A DNA stretch of 13,494 bases from Candidatus Aenigmatarchaeota archaeon (GTDB taxonomy: Archaea > Aenigmatarchaeota > Aenigmatarchaeia > JACPZZ01): contig JAZDLW010000003.1 of NCBI GenBank assembly GCA_043801595.1, positions 1-13,494 of the forward strand. Reading direction: 5' to 3'. A program made the translations under genes and the position numbers. The first letter of the stretch is position 1; every line of letters begins with the position of its first letter. Positions 1-7,428 of this stretch are shown here, piece after piece. The notes under the pieces are model-generated. The model was not told where the DNA came from and made no database searches. It was given only the letters and a program-made list of their open reading frames with translations.

Positions 1-91
1 AACAGTTAGAAGAGCTGGGGTTGACAGGGAGATTATAGATCAGATTATATATGAAAATTTATTTATAAAATCGTATAAAAGATGCTATTAA
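1..91 (+). CDS. Possible 3' end of an upstream gene (partial, unknown product)
   Basis: Frame 2 is open from base 2 to TAA at 89-91 (TVRRAGVDREIIDQIIYENLFIKSYKRCY*), 24 nt before the DUF262 start. Frame 3 offers an alternative ending at TAG 36-38 (QLEELGLTGRL*). The frame cannot be resolved. Confidence 0.3.
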   Translation, partial: TVRRAGVDREIIDQIIYENLFIKSYKRCY

Positions 92-115
92 TACATACCT
101 AAGAGAGGACATTTT

Positions 116-1135
116 ATGAAACACCGTATTGAACAATGGAAAGTAATAGATATATTTAAAAAACGAGGTGCTATAGAATTTCCAGATTATCAAAGAGAAC
201 CAAATGTTTGGGACAGCTCACAAAAATCTAAATTAATAGACTCGATTATCAGTGATATACCAATACCCCTGATTTTTTTATACGAAAAGAATGACGGTTT
301 CTTTGATTGCATAGACGGTCGACAACGAATTAACAGTATTGTCGAATTCTTCAATGGTGATGTTATAGTAGATGATAAATGCATAGAAGACTTTAACGAG
401 ACAACAAAAGAAAGAATTGAAAATTTTAAGATACCAATAGCAATCATCGAAGAAGGTGCCGAGGATCAAGAATTAAGAGAGATGTTTAGACGATTACAAT
501 TAGGTAAGCCGCTCAACGTTGGAGAAAAATTACATTCTCTTTCGGGTGATATGAAAGATTTTGTATTCAAAACTGCGATAAATTATCCCTTCATCAAGAA
601 AGTAAGAATACCTAAAAAAAGATTTTCTAAAGAACAGATTATTGCTCAAATTTGCATAAATTCTTTTGGAATTTCTATCTTAGGTAAATATCAAAGTGCT
701 AATTATGATAATTTGTTATCATTTTTTAAACAGTATCAGTCCTTGAAAAATAATAAAGAAAATATCGAATTAATAGAAAAGACGTTCGATGTGCTCAATA
801 AATCTTTTGGCAAATCAGCTAACGAAATAGGTAATAGAGCATACATTATAACTGCTTACTTATTTGTCGAAAACTTGATAAGGACAAAAAAAGAAAACGA
901 AACTGCGAAATTTGCCGCATTTTATCTGAGATTTATCAGGACGTTAAAAGAACAGGTAAAAAAGGGTTTGGATTATGATAAAAAATACCGTAAATTGTTG
1001 TATTTTTATAATTTTGTGATACAAGCGGCATATGGACAATTCTCCATAAAGATGAGAAATGAAATAATAACAGAATTCTTCGAATACTATAACAATTACG
1101 GAAAAATTAAAGAAGACACGGCAATTGCTACATAA
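116..1135 (+). CDS. DUF262 (GmrSD N-terminal / ParB-Srx fold) domain protein, probable defence-associated protein
   Basis: 339 aa with DUF262 motifs in order: PDYQR..VW, LIDSI...IPIP, IDGRQR (canonical DGQQR), FRRLQ.GKPL (canonical F.R.N). GAGGA SD-like motif upstream. Visibly more AT-rich than the core genes. Confidence 0.85.
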   Translation: MKHRIEQWKVIDIFKKRGAIEFPDYQREPNVWDSSQKSKLIDSIISDIPIPLIFLYEKNDGFFDCIDGRQRINSIVEFFNGDVIVDDKCIEDFNETTKERIENFKIPIAIIEEGAEDQELREMFRRLQLGKPLNVGEKLHSLSGDMKDFVFKTAINYPFIKKVRIPKKRFSKEQIIAQICINSFGISILGKYQSANYDNLLSFFKQYQSLKNNKENIELIEKTFDVLNKSFGKSANEIGNRAYIITAYLFVENLIRTKKENETAKFAAFYLRFIRTLKEQVKKGLDYDKKYRKLLYFYNFVIQAAYGQFSIKMRNEIITEFFEYYNNYGKIKEDTAIAT

Positions 1136-1150
1136 AGTGAAAATCATCGA

Positions 1151-1204
1151 CTTTAGCAACATTTAGCCTACTTTAGCAACATTCGCCAGTTTAGCAACAA
1201 CGCC
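1151..1204. repeat. Three direct repeats with core TTTAGCAACA (1152, 1172, 1190)
   Basis: ctttagcaacatttagcc / ctttagcaacattcgcc / gtttagcaacaacgcc, spaced 20 and 18 nt apart. Confidence 0.9.
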
Positions 1205-1213
1205 CCCCCCCCC
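1203..1213. repeat. Homopolymer C11 tract
   Basis: Eleven consecutive C directly before the BRE/TATA element. Confidence 0.9.
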
Positions 1214-1227
1214 GTAAACTTTATATA
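1214..1227 (+). promoter_or_regulatory. Archaeal promoter: BRE-like GTAAAC followed by TATA box TTTATATA
   Basis: TTTATATA at 1220-1227 matches the archaeal TTTAWATA consensus and is preceded by a purine-rich BRE-like stretch; predicted start about 1250. Confidence 0.6.
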
Positions 1228-1230
1228 CAA

Positions 1231-1265
1231 GGTAGTATACAGTAGTATAAGGTCGTATAACGTAT
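1231..1265 (+). repeat. 10-bp period tandem repeat (RGTMGTATAM x3 plus partial copy)
   Basis: ggtagtatac / agtagtataa / ggtcgtataa / cgtat. Confidence 0.75.
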
Positions 1266-1299
1266 GATAATAAATGAAACGATGCAATTGCCTAAAATC

Positions 1300-1527
1300 G
1301 CGGGCGGGTCGGCTGTCGAAACAGGTTATACCTGTTTCAACTCGACTGTCCGCTTCCCTCTCACCAGCGAATGTGGGGGTGTCCGGCTATTTCTAAGCCA
1401 GCCAGTAATGGACATCGTAGCAGTTGGAGTAGATCAAAACGTGTCATTGACACGCTTTAGATAGCAGTCGGGGGTGGTGCGAGTTCGTATAAAAGGAGGT
1501 CCGTTAACGCGTTGTTGGCGGATCTCC
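1300..1527 (+). ncRNA. Candidate structured non-coding RNA of unrecognised family
   Basis: Hand-folded stems: 1300-1353 (inner gaaacaggt/acctgtttc), 1358-1379, 1380-1414 (enclosing ggct/agcc), 1440-1454, and 1495-1527 (14 bp, 3 G-U). Most non-Watson-Crick pairs are G-U on the + strand. GC-rich against AT-rich flanks and downstream of a TATA box. Confidence 0.5.
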
Positions 1528-1538
1528 GATAAGATTTG

Positions 1539-2168
1539 TTAATTTTCGTTGCGCATTTTGGCAGCGTTTGATTTGACTTTCTCAATATCAACGCCGGAAT
1601 TTTTTAATTTTTCCAAAGCATCTTCTTTGACCATTTCATTGAACAATTTTATCGTTTCGTCGAATTCGCAATATTTATCAGCCGACACGAGGTTGAAGGC
1701 ATGCTCAATTTCTTTCCATGTTTTAATGTCAGCCTCGTTGTGCTGTATCAGTACTTCTATTCTGTCAAGGGCTTTGGCAAATTTAGCTTCCAATGTTATG
1801 AGATTTTCAAACTCCTGCCACAAATCATAAATTTCGTTGCCAGTTTTGCTATCGAGCATTGTTCTTATATTTTCAATCGCTTTTTGTTCATTCCGGACTT
1901 TTTCTTCTTTCCTGCCTTGTTCAAATGCAGGAACATCCTTTGCTTCAGCTTCTACGATGTCATGTATAATAACCATTTTCAAAACCTTTTCCAAGTTTAC
2001 AGGCTTTTTTAGAAGAGGTTCAAGAAGTATAGCCATCAGCGACGTTCTCCATGTGTGTTCGGCAACGCTTTCGCGCCTTCCGTCGGACAGCCAGCTGTGC
2101 CGCAATTCTGACTTTAGTTTTTCGGCCAAGTGCAGGAATTTAAGAATTTTACCAAGATCGTCATTCAT
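1539..2168 (-). CDS. HD-domain phosphohydrolase (HDDC2/YfbR-like, putative 5'-deoxynucleotidase)
   Basis: LK...RH.W....RESVAEHTWR, HD in IIHDIVEA, WQEFE and KALDRIE motifs typical of the HD_3/HDDC2 family. Confidence 0.85.
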   Translation of the reverse strand: MNDDLGKILKFLHLAEKLKSELRHSWLSDGRRESVAEHTWRTSLMAILLEPLLKKPVNLEKVLKMVIIHDIVEAEAKDVPAFEQGRKEEKVRNEQKAIENIRTMLDSKTGNEIYDLWQEFENLITLEAKFAKALDRIEVLIQHNEADIKTWKEIEHAFNLVSADKYCEFDETIKLFNEMVKEDALEKLKNSGVDIEKVKSNAAKMRNEN

Positions 2169-2189
2169 AACAACAATATAGATTACAGG

Positions 2190-2197
2190 TTTTTATA
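2190..2197 (-). promoter_or_regulatory. TATA box (TATAAAAA) for a probably leaderless HD-gene transcript
   Basis: Minus-strand TATAAAAA lies 22-29 nt upstream of the ATG at 2168. Confidence 0.4.
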
Positions 2198-2210
2198 CAA
2201 GTTCTGTTGT

Positions 2211-3074
2211 TCAATCCTTGTGTTCTGTTGAAATTTTGTAGGATACGACCAGGATTATCGTTGCGCCAACCAGCTGGATGAAATTTATAGATTCTCCCAA
2301 CCAGACGAAAGCTATCAATCCGCCGGCTATCGGACTTAATGACAAAAGCGATGCAACGATCCACGCCTTTGTTGTTTTCAACGATTTGAACCATAGCGTC
2401 AAACCGATCACGTAGAACAAAATCACGCTCGCCATTGTGAACCCGAAAGCCTTGTCGGACATAACGAGGCTCGGGAGAATTATGACCGATGCAACGAGCA
2501 ATACCAAACCGCCTGCGAAATTGGAGAATGCGGTTATCTGGACCGGATCCGAATTTTGCGTTATTCGTCGTACGGGTATGTACGAATAACCCATGAAGAC
2601 TACAGCGAGCGCTATCAAAAGATCTCCTATCTGCGCTGTACCGAGCGATAAATTCCCAGCGGTCGACATCAATATTGCTCCGACAATCATTGCTAAAACG
2701 TAGAGAATTTCCCTTGTTTTCATCTTTTCTTTTAGCAGCAAATGGCCGAACGCCATTACGAAGACCGGTTCCAAACGAAGCATGACGACCGAGCTTATCA
2801 CGCTTGTCATGCTCAGGCCGTATTGCAGCAAAACCGCCCCGGCTATATTTCTCGATATTGTTATTTTCCAGAAATCGGCGGACCTGCTTATTTCGTATAT
2901 ACTTGGAATTTTATTTTTGGTGCAGAAAATGATTATGAAAAGAAGCGCTGCGGATATTAACAATGCGTAGGTTGAGACGAGCAACGGAGACGTGTTTTTT
3001 GAGGCGAGATTCGAGAATACGGTGCTTACGCCTATCAGTATCGCTGACAGCATTGCCAGCCGGCCGCCGTTCAT
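2211..3074 (-). CDS. EamA/DMT family drug/metabolite transporter
   Basis: 287 aa, about 10 hydrophobic segments in two repeats; LEPVF...FGHLLLKEK, GDLL and LSPI...IAFVWLGE motifs. Confidence 0.9.
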   Translation of the reverse strand: MNGGRLAMLSAILIGVSTVFSNLASKNTSPLLVSTYALLISAALLFIIIFCTKNKIPSIYEISRSADFWKITISRNIAGAVLLQYGLSMTSVISSVVMLRLEPVFVMAFGHLLLKEKMKTREILYVLAMIVGAILMSTAGNLSLGTAQIGDLLIALAVVFMGYSYIPVRRITQNSDPVQITAFSNFAGGLVLLVASVIILPSLVMSDKAFGFTMASVILFYVIGLTLWFKSLKTTKAWIVASLLSLSPIAGGLIAFVWLGESINFIQLVGATIILVVSYKISTEHKD

Positions 3075-3670
3075 ACGTCAACGCCCAGCTTCTTCAAAGA
3101 ATCAATTGTTTGCGGTGCCGAGATAAAATGAATCGTAGTCAATCCGGCTGCCTTCGCTCCTTTGATGTACGAAAGGTTGTCGTCGATGAATATTGTTGAT
3201 TTCGCATCGGAGTTTGCGCGTTTCAATGCTATGCCGAATATTTTTTTGTGCGGCTTGCGCGTGCGCACCTTATGGGAAAATACGCCGAAGTCAAACATGT
3301 CGGTAAAGCCGTATTTCTTTTCAAGGTAGCCTGTTATCTCTTTTGTGCTGTTTGACAAGAAACCCACTTTGTAGCCGTTTTTTTTAAGACGCGCAATGAG
3401 ATTTTTGACGCCGTTGTTTATCTTGTAATACTCGTGAAGTTCTTTGCTTAACTCCGCGGTGCCGTTGTTCAGGCCGAACTTATAATCGAATTTTTTCCAG
3501 AACTCGTTCTCGGACAGTTTTCCGACAAACATCCGCCTGAAGCCTGCTACGGAGAACCTTTTAACCTCGCCGTAATCCAGATTGAATTTTTCGCTCAGGT
3601 TCCGCTGCATCGGGTATACGCCGTCTTCTACCAGAACGCCGCCCAAATCAAAGATTATTGTTTTTTTCAT
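3071..3670 (-). CDS. HAD superfamily phosphatase (YihX-like, subfamily IA)
   Basis: Motif I IIFDLGGVL, motif II LSN, motif III RKP, motif IV FIDD..SYIKGA..AG. Overlaps the EamA start by 4 nt (ATGA). Confidence 0.9.
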   Translation of the reverse strand: MKKTIIFDLGGVLVEDGVYPMQRNLSEKFNLDYGEVKRFSVAGFRRMFVGKLSENEFWKKFDYKFGLNNGTAELSKELHEYYKINNGVKNLIARLKKNGYKVGFLSNSTKEITGYLEKKYGFTDMFDFGVFSHKVRTRKPHKKIFGIALKRANSDAKSTIFIDDNLSYIKGAKAAGLTTIHFISAPQTIDSLKKLGVDV

Positions 3671-5852
3671 CCTTAGCCAGCTTTTTTCTTTTTCTGGGTT
3701 TAGAAGCTTTTACTTTAATATTGGCTTCGGGAGTTTTTGTAGCTATCGTTTCCGTTATGGCTATTGTCCCTTCCGCGGCTTTCGCAGGCGAATCTGCGCC
3801 AACTTCGGATGTTGCGGCTTTACCAGGCGGCTTGCAGTTCATGTCTATGCAGTTGCGGAACACGCGCCCGATGCGACGAACAACGATCATCGGTTTCCCG
3901 CACCTTGCGCAGTCCTGTTTCAACGGCTCGATAATGCCTGTTTGCGGCAATGGGAAGCCTGTCTTGCAGTCCGGATAAGACGAACAACCTATAAAACGCT
4001 TGCCGGATTTCATTGACCTTATGATTTTTAACTCTCCCTTCTCGCAGTTCGGGCATTTGCCTATCAGTTTTGCTGCGCGCCTCATTGTTATGAACGCAGC
4101 TAGCAGCGTTTCGCCGATCTCCTTCTCATTCTTCTTGAAATTGTTCAGGGTCTTTTCGAGCAATACTTCGGCGTCTTTGATTATTTTTTCCTTTTTAACC
4201 TCTCCGGATTGTATTTTCTCCATCTCAACCTCAAAGCTTCTTGTCAGCTCTTCGGAGAGTATTTCCGGCGAGTACTTGCTAAGCGTGTCCGCAACGGTCA
4301 TTCCCAGATCTGAAACCTCGATGGACTTTCCCATAACGTAACCGCGCGAGAATAATGTCCTGACTATTGTTGCCCGCGTTGCTTTCGTACCGAGCGAGCG
4401 CGACTCAAGTTCTTTAACGAGCGATGCCTCGTTAAACCTTTTCGGCGGCTGCGTTTCCTTGGATAACATCTCTATAGACCCGCTGAATGAATCGCCTTTC
4501 TGGAAGTCAGGCAGCGAGATATCTTCAGCGGAGATGTACGGTTTATAAAATCTCAGCCAGCCGTCGCTTATTGTTGTTTTTCCCGTGACATTGAATTTGT
4601 TTTCGTTGATCGAAAGCGTGTACTTTACAGACTCGCGCGTCGCCTCCTCTGCGAACACGGCAAGGAAACGTTTGACAATAAGATCGTACAATTTTTCCTG
4701 CTGCGCTGTTATTTTCTGCGGCATCTCGCCTGTCGGGAATATTGACGGGTGGGCGGGATCGGATTTCTCGCCTTCGTTCGGCTTTAGTTCGGATTTAGAA
4801 AGCAGTTCTTTTGCGAGCTTTGAATAACTGCGCTGTTTTGACAGTTGTTCGAGTATGTTTTTCAATCCCAGCTGTTCAGGCAGCTTTTGCGAGGAGGTTC
4901 TGGGATACGAAATTAATCCGGACTCGTAAAGCGATTGCGCGAGATTTTGCGTCTGGACTGGCGTGTAGCCGAACCAGCGGTAGGATTCGCCTTGCAGCGA
5001 TGTCAAATCAAACGGAACAGGAGGTTTCTGCCTGTATCTTTTCTTTTCTATATCGGTTATTGCCGCGTCTTTGTCAGTGCAGTCCGCAACTATTTTTGTC
5101 GCTTCTTTCTTGTCCCAGAATTTATCCTTCTCATGCTGGGCTATGATCTTTTCGTTCTCAGCAATGAAATGAAGCTCAATCTCCCAAAATGGAACAGGGA
5201 TAAACGCTTTTATTTCCTTTTCGCGTTCTGCGAGAAGTCCCAAAGCCGGGCCCTGTACACGGCCTGTTGATAAAACGAAGAAACGGCCGGCAGCCTTCAT
5301 TGCAAGGCTGAGCGCGCGGCTTGTGTTTATGCCGTAATACCAGTCCAGGACATGGCGGGCCAAACCTGCGTTAACCTGTCCCGCATCCATTGTCGGGAGC
5401 GCATGTTCGTATGAGTCTTCAAGTTCGGATTTTACCAGTGTGGAGAATTTCATGCGTTTTGCGTTGGTCTGGTTGCAGATAATGTTAAGTATGTTCGTTG
5501 CGATCACATCGCCTTCGGTGTCATAGTCTGTTGCGACAATGAAATCCGAGGCGTCTTTTGCAACAGCGGCGATGTTGTCAAAGTATTTTTTGGTGTACGC
5601 GCTGCGCTTGTTTTCGTAGATAGGTTTCCAGACAACGTCAAACACAGGATATTTCCAGCCTTTCGACGCCTGCTTTAACCCGAACAAATGGCCTACTGCT
5701 GGAACAACGACTATGTTTTTTCCGCCTCGGGTGATCGTGTAATAAACAGCGCCTTCGTCGTTTTTTTTCGATTCAACCCGGCCTTCGGCCAATGACTGTG
5801 CAATACGAAATGCTGCTTTTGGCTTTTCCGAAATGATCAAAGTGTACGGCAT
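3648..5852 (-). CDS. topA: DNA topoisomerase I (type IA, archaeal)
   Basis: TOPRIM ISEKP and ATDYDTEG, GRVQ, catalytic Tyr in ISYPRT, GTKATR, and C-terminal zinc ribbons (CPNC..CSSYPDC, CARC..CIDMNC). Confidence 0.96.
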   Translation of the reverse strand: MPYTLIISEKPKAAFRIAQSLAEGRVESKKNDEGAVYYTITRGGKNIVVVPAVGHLFGLKQASKGWKYPVFDVVWKPIYENKRSAYTKKYFDNIAAVAKDASDFIVATDYDTEGDVIATNILNIICNQTNAKRMKFSTLVKSELEDSYEHALPTMDAGQVNAGLARHVLDWYYGINTSRALSLAMKAAGRFFVLSTGRVQGPALGLLAEREKEIKAFIPVPFWEIELHFIAENEKIIAQHEKDKFWDKKEATKIVADCTDKDAAITDIEKKRYRQKPPVPFDLTSLQGESYRWFGYTPVQTQNLAQSLYESGLISYPRTSSQKLPEQLGLKNILEQLSKQRSYSKLAKELLSKSELKPNEGEKSDPAHPSIFPTGEMPQKITAQQEKLYDLIVKRFLAVFAEEATRESVKYTLSINENKFNVTGKTTISDGWLRFYKPYISAEDISLPDFQKGDSFSGSIEMLSKETQPPKRFNEASLVKELESRSLGTKATRATIVRTLFSRGYVMGKSIEVSDLGMTVADTLSKYSPEILSEELTRSFEVEMEKIQSGEVKKEKIIKDAEVLLEKTLNNFKKNEKEIGETLLAAFITMRRAAKLIGKCPNCEKGELKIIRSMKSGKRFIGCSSYPDCKTGFPLPQTGIIEPLKQDCARCGKPMIVVRRIGRVFRNCIDMNCKPPGKAATSEVGADSPAKAAEGTIAITETIATKTPEANIKVKASKPRKRKKLAKDEKNNNL

Positions 5853-5948
5853 GTTAATCAGCTAATATAATAGCGGCTTTTCGATTAACCATATATATTA
5901 TGGCTGGATTTAAATAGTTTTTCCTTTCCAAAAAGGTTGTATTAGCGA

Positions 5949-6398
5949 CTATGCTTTTTTTGTAGGCAGCGTTTCCTTAGTTACGATTATACGCTCCCCG
6001 AAGGGTATGCGCTTCGGCTCGAAACCAAGGCGGTTCGCCTTGTCCCACAAGCCTTTGAAAACATCGTAAGAGACGCGGTTGTATTCGACGCCCTTCGGCC
6101 CGTGCGTCTTGATTGTGCAGCTTTTTTTGTCGCCGATTATGGTGTAAGTGAACTCTACCACAGGCGAGCCGAGATAATTAAGGATATCCTCAACGCGTTC
6201 CTTGATAACGCCCTTTTTCTTTAGCACGTTGGTCCACATCTTCCTTTCGGCTATGTTAAGCGATTTTAAAAAGCATTTTACGCAGTTCGTCGATTCGCTG
6301 CTTGCTATTGCGCATTTTTCGCATGAGAATTCGCTGCACTCGGCACACAGCACTGGTTTTGCGGTCTTGTCGCCGCAGTTGGAACATTGCACGCTCAT
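5949..6398 (-). CDS. Hypothetical protein with N-terminal 8-Cys zinc-binding region
   Basis: Four CxxC pairs in the first ~42 aa (CSNC, CAEC, CEKC, CVKC). Fills the gap between same-strand genes; TATA-like TTTATTTTAA about 25 nt upstream. Confidence 0.7.
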   Translation of the reverse strand: MSVQCSNCGDKTAKPVLCAECSEFSCEKCAIASSESTNCVKCFLKSLNIAERKMWTNVLKKKGVIKERVEDILNYLGSPVVEFTYTIIGDKKSCTIKTHGPKGVEYNRVSYDVFKGLWDKANRLGFEPKRIPFGERIIVTKETLPTKKA

Positions 6399-6443
6399 AT
6401 GATATTATTGGGTATCAAAGTTAAAATAAACTTGCAAAAATTG

Positions 6444-7370
6444 TCAGAGGTTTTCCCTGACAAGCGACCGGACGGTTTCGGCGACCGTTTTTTCAGAGTC
6501 ATATGAAGGCGACCAGCCCAGCGTCTTTGCGAAACCGATGTCCGGCTGGAAAACTTTGACATCGCCTTTCCAGCCCTTTGCCTCGTTTGATGTGAATACG
6601 ATTTTCGCGTCAACATTCATCTCTTCGATCACGATTTCGGCTATTCTTTTGATGCTGATAACATCTTCGGAGCCGAGATTAACGACATTAACCGTACTTT
6701 CCGCGTGTTCGATTATGTGCATTATTCCTTTAATGCAGTCTTTGATATCCAGATAGCATCTCAACTGCGAGCCGTCGCCAAGAACCTCAAGCTGTTTCGG
6801 GTTTTTCTTAAGCTTGATTACGAAATCGTAGATCGGTCCGTGTTTAAGCCTCGGTCCACCGACATTTGCGAAGCGGAATATCCACGCATTAAGGTTGAAA
6901 GTGTGGCAATATGATGAGATAAGTGCTTCACATGCAAGTTTCGAGGCTGCGTAGAGCGAATGCGGGGTTAGCGGACCATACGATTCCTTGGTAGGCGAGG
7001 GCGCGTTTCCGTAGACTATTGCCGATGATGCGAAGGCTATGTTCCTGATGTTGTTCGTTTTCATCGCTTCAAGGATGTTATGGGTCATGAGTATGTTTTC
7101 AAGCATTTCCGACGAGTCGGTCACGCTGGCCAGCGGGTTTGCCGCAAGATGGATGACCAGATCAAAATTTTTCATAACAGACTGAACCGAGTTTTTGTCG
7201 AGCAGGTTGGCGTTGACATAATCGGCTTTGCTGTTGATAGTCTTTATCCGGTCGGGCGGGAGGTTGTCCGCAACGGTCACGGAATTGTTTGAAACAAGAA
7301 GATCGACAAGATGCGATCCGATAAAGCCTGCGCCGCCAGTTACAACAATGCGTTTGTTTTCCAGTCGCAT
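6444..7370 (-). CDS. NAD-dependent epimerase/dehydratase (UDP-glucose 4-epimerase-like extended SDR)
   Basis: TGGAGFIGSH Rossmann motif, HLAA, ASS, catalytic YAASK, RFANV.G and GDGSQ.R motifs. Confidence 0.93.
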   Translation of the reverse strand: MRLENKRIVVTGGAGFIGSHLVDLLVSNNSVTVADNLPPDRIKTINSKADYVNANLLDKNSVQSVMKNFDLVIHLAANPLASVTDSSEMLENILMTHNILEAMKTNNIRNIAFASSAIVYGNAPSPTKESYGPLTPHSLYAASKLACEALISSYCHTFNLNAWIFRFANVGGPRLKHGPIYDFVIKLKKNPKQLEVLGDGSQLRCYLDIKDCIKGIMHIIEHAESTVNVVNLGSEDVISIKRIAEIVIEEMNVDAKIVFTSNEAKGWKGDVKVFQPDIGFAKTLGWSPSYDSEKTVAETVRSLVRENL

Positions 7371-7388
7371 GAAACTGTTATGTGCTTG

Positions 7389-7423
7389 GAAAGCTTAAAT
7401 CTCTGGACGGTGAATTAGAGGTG
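7389..7423. promoter_or_regulatory. Short divergent promoter region (GAAAGCTTAAAT) and carA Shine-Dalgarno GAGGTG
   Basis: 58-nt gap between divergent genes; TTAAAT at 7395-7400; GAGGTG at 7418-7423 before TTG at 7429/7432. Confidence 0.45.
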
Positions 7424-7428
7424 GGTTT

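Noticed and set aside
1151..1204. Mini CRISPR array
   Set aside because: Repeats of 10-17 nt with spacers under 10 nt are far too short, and no cas genes are present.
1..1300. DUF262 as an integron cassette bounded by attC sites
   Set aside because: No proper RYYYAAC...GTTRRRY pair with internal dyad symmetry after the stop codon.
1264..1464. 66-aa ORF downstream of the TATA box, with a faint AbrB-like KIAGGS stretch
   Set aside because: No recognisable domain beyond a few residues and the sequence is better explained by base-paired stems. Not fully excluded, since its ATG is near the predicted TSS.
1470..1490. GCGAGTTCG resembling a tRNA T-arm (possible att remnant)
   Set aside because: No complementary T-stem 3' strand, acceptor stem or cloverleaf on either strand.
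1195..1517. 9-bp inverted repeat CAACAACGC (1195-1203) / GCGTTGTTG (1509-1517), suggestive of retron a1/a2 or MITE ends
   Set aside because: Does not extend, the left copy lies upstream of the predicted TSS, and no reverse transcriptase or target duplication is visible.
1300..1527. RNase P RNA, SRP RNA, HDV-like ribozyme or group I/II intron identity for the structured region
   Set aside because: No GAGGAAAGUCC, SRP helix-8 motif, HDV nested pseudoknot order or intron core found by eye; only short chance-level similarities such as GCGAAUG and GACUG/CAGUC.
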